A DNA stretch of 27,804 nt, from the IMG/VR virus record IMGVR_UViG_3300049172_000092, positions 1 to 27,804 of that record. One strand, given 5' to 3'. The stretch is from a virus (lineage: Duplodnaviria > Caudoviricetes). Below, in pieces: positions 24,755-27,804 of the stretch. The notes beneath the pieces were generated by a model. It saw nothing but the letters and a program-made list of their open reading frames with translations, made no database searches and was not told the DNA's origin. Every line of letters begins with the position of its first letter. Positions within the stretch are counted from its first letter, which is position 1. Both the position numbers and the translations under genes were made by a program.

Positions 24755-25678
24755 TTGAAGCTCGTCACGCGAGCCCAACTGGGCTGGCCCGCATCCGCCG
24801 CGCCAACGCAGACCACCGCCAAGGGCGTGAAGGTCCACTACGAGGGCACGGCCGTGAGCACCCGGCTGCTCACCGACCACAACGCGTGCATCGCCGAGTG
24901 GAAGGCCATCCGCGCCTCGCACCTCGCGAACACCGCCGAGAACTACAGCGACGTCGCCTACAACTACGCCGCCTGCCCCCACGGCTACCTCCTCGAAGGC
25001 CGCGGCCTGCGCAAGCGCACCGGCGCCAACGGCAACCAGACGTTGAACATCGCGCACTACGCGATCGTCGGCCTCGTCGGCTCCTCCGGACTGACCAAGC
25101 CGACCGACGCCATGCTCGGCGCGATCCGCGACGGCATCGAGCTGCTTCGGAAGAACGGCGCCGGCACTGAGATCAAGGGCCACCGCGACGGCTACGCCAC
25201 CGCCTGCCCCGGGCCCGAGCTCTACGCCTGGGTCCAGAAGGGCGCGCCCCGGCCCACCACGACCACCCCGCCCCAGGAGGACGACGCCATGCCCACCGCC
25301 GCCGAGATCGCCGAAGCGGTCGTAGCCAAGCTGCTCGCCGGGGGAGGGGTGCTGGAGAACAGCGACCTCGACCGGCTGTTCAGCCGGGACGCCATCCCCG
25401 CCGCGCGCCCCCCGTACAACAACCCGGACTACTTCGGCGCCGACGGCAAGACCGTCGCCAACGACTCGTGGACGTTCAAGTACGCGGTACAGACGGCCGT
25501 CGAGAACGCCCGCGAGGCCGTCGCCCGCATCAAGAACCTCGAAGGCACTGTCGGTGCCGTCGAGTTGACCGACGCGCAGGTCGCCAGCCTCGCCACCGCC
25601 GTCGTCTCCAACCCCGCGTTCGCCGAGGAGATCGCCGAACGAGTCGCCGTCAAGCTCGCCGAACGCCTCGCCGACTGA
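24755..25678 (+). CDS. Endolysin, N-acetylmuramoyl-L-alanine amidase (Amidase_2/PGRP-like)
   Basis: TTG 24755 with RBS AAAGGGG. VKVHY, DVAYNY, EGRG, GHRD..ATACPG Zn-amidase motifs; Pro/Thr linker; helical C-terminal domain. Confidence 0.92.
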   Translation: MKLVTRAQLGWPASAAPTQTTAKGVKVHYEGTAVSTRLLTDHNACIAEWKAIRASHLANTAENYSDVAYNYAACPHGYLLEGRGLRKRTGANGNQTLNIAHYAIVGLVGSSGLTKPTDAMLGAIRDGIELLRKNGAGTEIKGHRDGYATACPGPELYAWVQKGAPRPTTTTPPQEDDAMPTAAEIAEAVVAKLLAGGGVLENSDLDRLFSRDAIPAARPPYNNPDYFGADGKTVANDSWTFKYAVQTAVENAREAVARIKNLEGTVGAVELTDAQVASLATAVVSNPAFAEEIAERVAVKLAERLAD

Positions 25679-25702
25679 ACACCCAGAGAATCGAGAACCC
25701 TC

Positions 25703-26065
25703 ATGCTGCTCGGAAGAGAACCTGCCCTGCTCCTCGGTTTCATCGCCGCCGGCGTCAAGCTCCTCGGCTACGAGCTCAACGTGTCCGACGGCGTCCAGAC
25801 CGCCATCAACGCGATCGCCGCGGGCGTCGTCGCCATCATCATCGCGTTCGTCGCGAAGGACGGAGCCTGGGCTGCAGCGATCCTCCAGACCGCGCAGGCG
25901 GTCATGTCGCTGTTCGTCGGCCTCGGCCTCGACTGGTCCGCCGACCGGCAGGCCCTTTGGATGGGATCCATCGCCGCCCTCCTCGCTGTCGTCGAGCGGT
26001 TCATCGTGACGCCGCCAGTGTCCACGACCCGACTCGAACAGGTCAGCCCGATCAAGGCGGCCTGA
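25703..26065 (+). CDS. Holin-like membrane protein
   Basis: 120 aa directly after the lysin; GREPA start, about four hydrophobic segments, ER..VTP end. Confidence 0.75.
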   Translation: MLLGREPALLLGFIAAGVKLLGYELNVSDGVQTAINAIAAGVVAIIIAFVAKDGAWAAAILQTAQAVMSLFVGLGLDWSADRQALWMGSIAALLAVVERFIVTPPVSTTRLEQVSPIKAA

Positions 26066-26491
26066 GTGCCGCGCCGTGTGGCCCGGCGGCTCGGGCGGAT
26101 GCTGGGCCGCCGCGGCGCGATCCTCCTCTGCTACGGCGTCGTGTGGGCCATCATCGGCTACGGGCAAATCACCTCACCCGCACCCGACCTGCGTGGCCTG
26201 CGCCTGCTGCTGCAGACAATGCCGCTCGACGTGTGGGGCTGGATCTGGGTCACCTCAGGGCTCATCGCGATCGCCTCGGCGTGGCTGCCGCAAGGGAGGG
26301 ACTGGCCGGGGTTTCTGGCGCTGCCGCTGATGGTCCTGCCGTGGGCGGTGTCCTACCTCCTCGCATGGATCATCGGGGACTACCCCCGCGGCTGGGTCGC
26401 GGCAGTGGTGTGGGGGGCGATCGCCGCACCGGTTCTGGTTGTCGCCGGATGGCGGGAACCCGTCCGGCCCAAGAGACTTGAGAGCGTCTAA
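26066..26491 (+). CDS. Four-TM membrane protein in the lysis cassette
   Basis: 141 aa; basic N-terminus (LGRRGAILL) then about four Trp-rich hydrophobic helices. Start codon uncertain. Confidence 0.75.
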   Translation: MPRRVARRLGRMLGRRGAILLCYGVVWAIIGYGQITSPAPDLRGLRLLLQTMPLDVWGWIWVTSGLIAIASAWLPQGRDWPGFLALPLMVLPWAVSYLLAWIIGDYPRGWVAAVVWGAIAAPVLVVAGWREPVRPKRLESV

Positions 26492-26841
26492 TGATGGACA
26501 CCTGGATCCAGGCGGGGATGACGGTGATCGCCGCGGCTGGCGGTGTCGTGTCCGCACGGGCCGCACGCAGAACGAAGCGCCAGGAGCGGCGCGATGACTT
26601 CACTGCGGTAACGGCGCAACAGGGTCAGCAGATCGAGCGCCTGGAAAAGCGGGTTGCACTGCGCGAACAGGAAGCCGAACGACTCGGCCAGCGCCTCACC
26701 GACCAGGACGAGGCGATCCACTGGCTCCGGACGCGACTGCGGGACTTGGTCGGCGCCTTCCGGATCCGAGGGGAAGAGCCGCCCCCGGCACGGCCCATCC
26801 CGGAGCGTGCGGCCCGCATCCTCAACGGCTTCGACGTGTGA
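26491..26841 (+). CDS. Membrane-anchored coiled-coil protein in the lysis cassette
   Basis: 116 aa; N-terminal hydrophobic stretch, then heptad-like IERLEKRVALREQEAERLGQRL, Pro-rich end. Confidence 0.75.
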   Translation: MMDTWIQAGMTVIAAAGGVVSARAARRTKRQERRDDFTAVTAQQGQQIERLEKRVALREQEAERLGQRLTDQDEAIHWLRTRLRDLVGAFRIRGEEPPPARPIPERAARILNGFDV

Positions 26842-26856
26842 GAACTGGAGTGCGAT

Positions 26857-27015
26857 ATGCCGGAGCCGATCCCGCGGTCACCGCGCCGCGACGACACAGC
26901 CGCCGACGCACGCAGCCTTGAACAACTCGGGCGCATCGAACCCCAGCCCATACCGGCGCCGGCCATCGACCCATTCCAGGCGCCGGACTGGCCGCCGGAA
27001 GACGAACCCGCGTGA
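26857..27015 (+). CDS. Small Pro/Asp/Glu-rich protein (52 aa, below the ORF-track cutoff)
   Basis: RBS TGGAG at 26846-26850, ATG 26857, MPEPIPRSPRRDDTAADARSLEQLGRIEPQPIPAPAIDPFQAPDWPPEDEPA, stop immediately before the terminator. Confidence 0.6.
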   Translation: MPEPIPRSPRRDDTAADARSLEQLGRIEPQPIPAPAIDPFQAPDWPPEDEPA

Positions 27016-27055
27016 ACGACAACGCCCCCTCCTTCGGGAGGGGGCGTTTCGTCGT
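27016..27055. terminator. Bidirectional terminator ending the late operon
   Basis: 12-bp stem AACGCCCCCTCC-ttcg-GGAGGGGGCGTT with a C(UUCG)G loop, extendable by ACGAC/GTCGT, between convergent genes. Confidence 0.85.
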
Positions 27056-27057
27056 GC

Positions 27058-27337
27058 TCAGAACGGTGCTTCGCCGCTGCCCAGGGATCTGCATGATGAA
27101 CGGGCTGCCGTTGTTGATGGTCCAGTCGTTGCGGTCGGGGCGGATGAACTCGCCCGGCCGGCCGTCGACGAGGACGTGGCCTTCGTCGGCATTCAGCAGC
27201 ACCGGGAAGAGGGACTCGTCGTGGAAGGTGAGCGTCCCGCGCCAGGACCCTCGTGCGTCCTTGGCGAGGTCGGCTGTGGTGTCGAACTGGCGGCCGTCGT
27301 CGAGGAGGAGAACGGCCGGGCCGTTGTACGTGGTCAT
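27058..27337 (-). pseudogene. DUF4873-like small protein with an apparent 1-bp insertion near the 3' end
   Basis: MTTYNGPAVLLLDDG..SWRGTL start. Removing one base of GGG at 27084-27086 gives a 92-aa product ending ILGSGEAPF-stop at 27058-27060, next to the terminator. Confidence 0.6.
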
Positions 27338-27433
27338 GCTCGGAGGCTAGCGGCGCCGTCAAGTCGCGCATCGCGGTCCGCAGTTGAGTACGTGGGCTCT
27401 CGATAACCCACACATATCAACGACCGTCGGGCG

Positions 27434-27439
27434 TATGCT
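27434..27439 (+). promoter_or_regulatory. -10-like element upstream of the recombinase
   Basis: TATGCT in an AT-richer intergenic stretch about 35 nt upstream of the start; no clear -35. Confidence 0.35.
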
Positions 27440-27472
27440 AGTTCTACACAAACCCCCATAAAGGAGCCGAAC

Positions 27473-27804
27473 TTGGCGAGTGAACTCGAACCGGTGGAAG
27501 TGGAGTTCGTCCCGGCCGCACAGCCGACAGCTGCCAGGGATCGCCACATCTCAGGCGAGACCGCAGAAGACCTCAAGCGCGCCACTGCGGCCAACACGGA
27601 ACGCGCCTACGCGCGCTGGTGGAACATGGCCCTCGCCTGGTGCGAGCGAGAGGGGCGCACTCCGCTGCCGATGACCGCCGAGACGATCGCCGAGTTCATC
27701 GGATACCTCATGCGCTCCACGTCCAAGGCGACCGGCAAGCCGTATTCGCCAGCTAGTCTGGATCAGGCCCTCTCTGCGGTCCGGACCGCGCACTTCCGTG
27801 CAGG
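27473..27804 (+). CDS. Tyrosine recombinase, Cre-like N-terminal core-binding domain (partial, runs off the window)
   Basis: RBS AAGGAG 27461-27466, TTG 27473. Reads MASELEPVEVEF..AANTERAYARWW..WCEREGRTPLPMTAETIAEFIGYL..YSPASLDQALSAVRTAH; absent from the ORF track because no stop lies in the window. Confidence 0.85.
   Translation, partial: MASELEPVEVEFVPAAQPTAARDRHISGETAEDLKRATAANTERAYARWWNMALAWCEREGRTPLPMTAETIAEFIGYLMRSTSKATGKPYSPASLDQALSAVRTAHFRA

Larger units (their letters stand above)
1..27804 (+). mobile_element. Temperate siphophage (prophage or phage-plasmid) late region; both ends lie outside the window
   Basis: Canonical order terminase-portal-scaffold-capsid-connectors-tail-tape measure-minor tails-lysin-holin, followed by a tyrosine recombinase. 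Many ATGA/TGATG coupled gene junctions. Confidence 0.97.

Noticed and set aside
27480-27674. 64-aa + strand ORF from the ORF track
   Set aside because: Wrong frame. The RBS-supported frame starting at TTG 27473 encodes the recombinase domain.
1-27804. bldA-type control by in-frame TTA codons
   Set aside because: The TTA triplets I spotted are out of frame or intergenic. This was a manual scan, so a computed check is advisable.
1-27804. CRISPR array, tRNA, diversity-generating retroelement, intron or intein
   Set aside because: No regularly spaced nucleotide repeats, cloverleaf, reverse transcriptase or template/variable repeat pair seen. Terminase, portal and capsid have ordinary lengths.

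Overview
High-GC (about 70% by eye) actinobacterial, most likely Streptomyces-type, temperate siphophage region. Almost all genes are on the + strand. Order: end of the early/middle region (Cys-rich regulator candidate, DUF6221-like protein); a TTGACA-N18-CATGAT promoter followed by a hairpin; a small HTH gene; a three-gene virion-like module placed before the packaging genes; HNH endonuclease; candidate cos region; terminase small and large subunits; portal; MuF-like protein; scaffold; major capsid; head-tail connectors; major tail; tail assembly chaperones with a -1 slippery site; 1345-aa tape measure; distal tail and minor tail genes; a glycerophosphodiester phosphodiesterase (GDPD); an amidase endolysin with a probable internal start; three membrane genes; a bidirectional terminator; a frameshifted DUF4873-like gene; and the 5' end of a Cre-like tyrosine recombinase. 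The most interesting unexplained signals are regulatory: (i) a lambda pR'-like promoter / second -10 element / terminator layout next to a Zn-finger protein, with terminators inside the late operon; (ii) a tandem CAA-loop hairpin pair repeated before the small terminase and scaffold genes; (iii) a hairpin plus TTTCATGCCC motif before the major tail and endolysin genes. All product calls come from motif recognition and gene order by eye; no searches were run.
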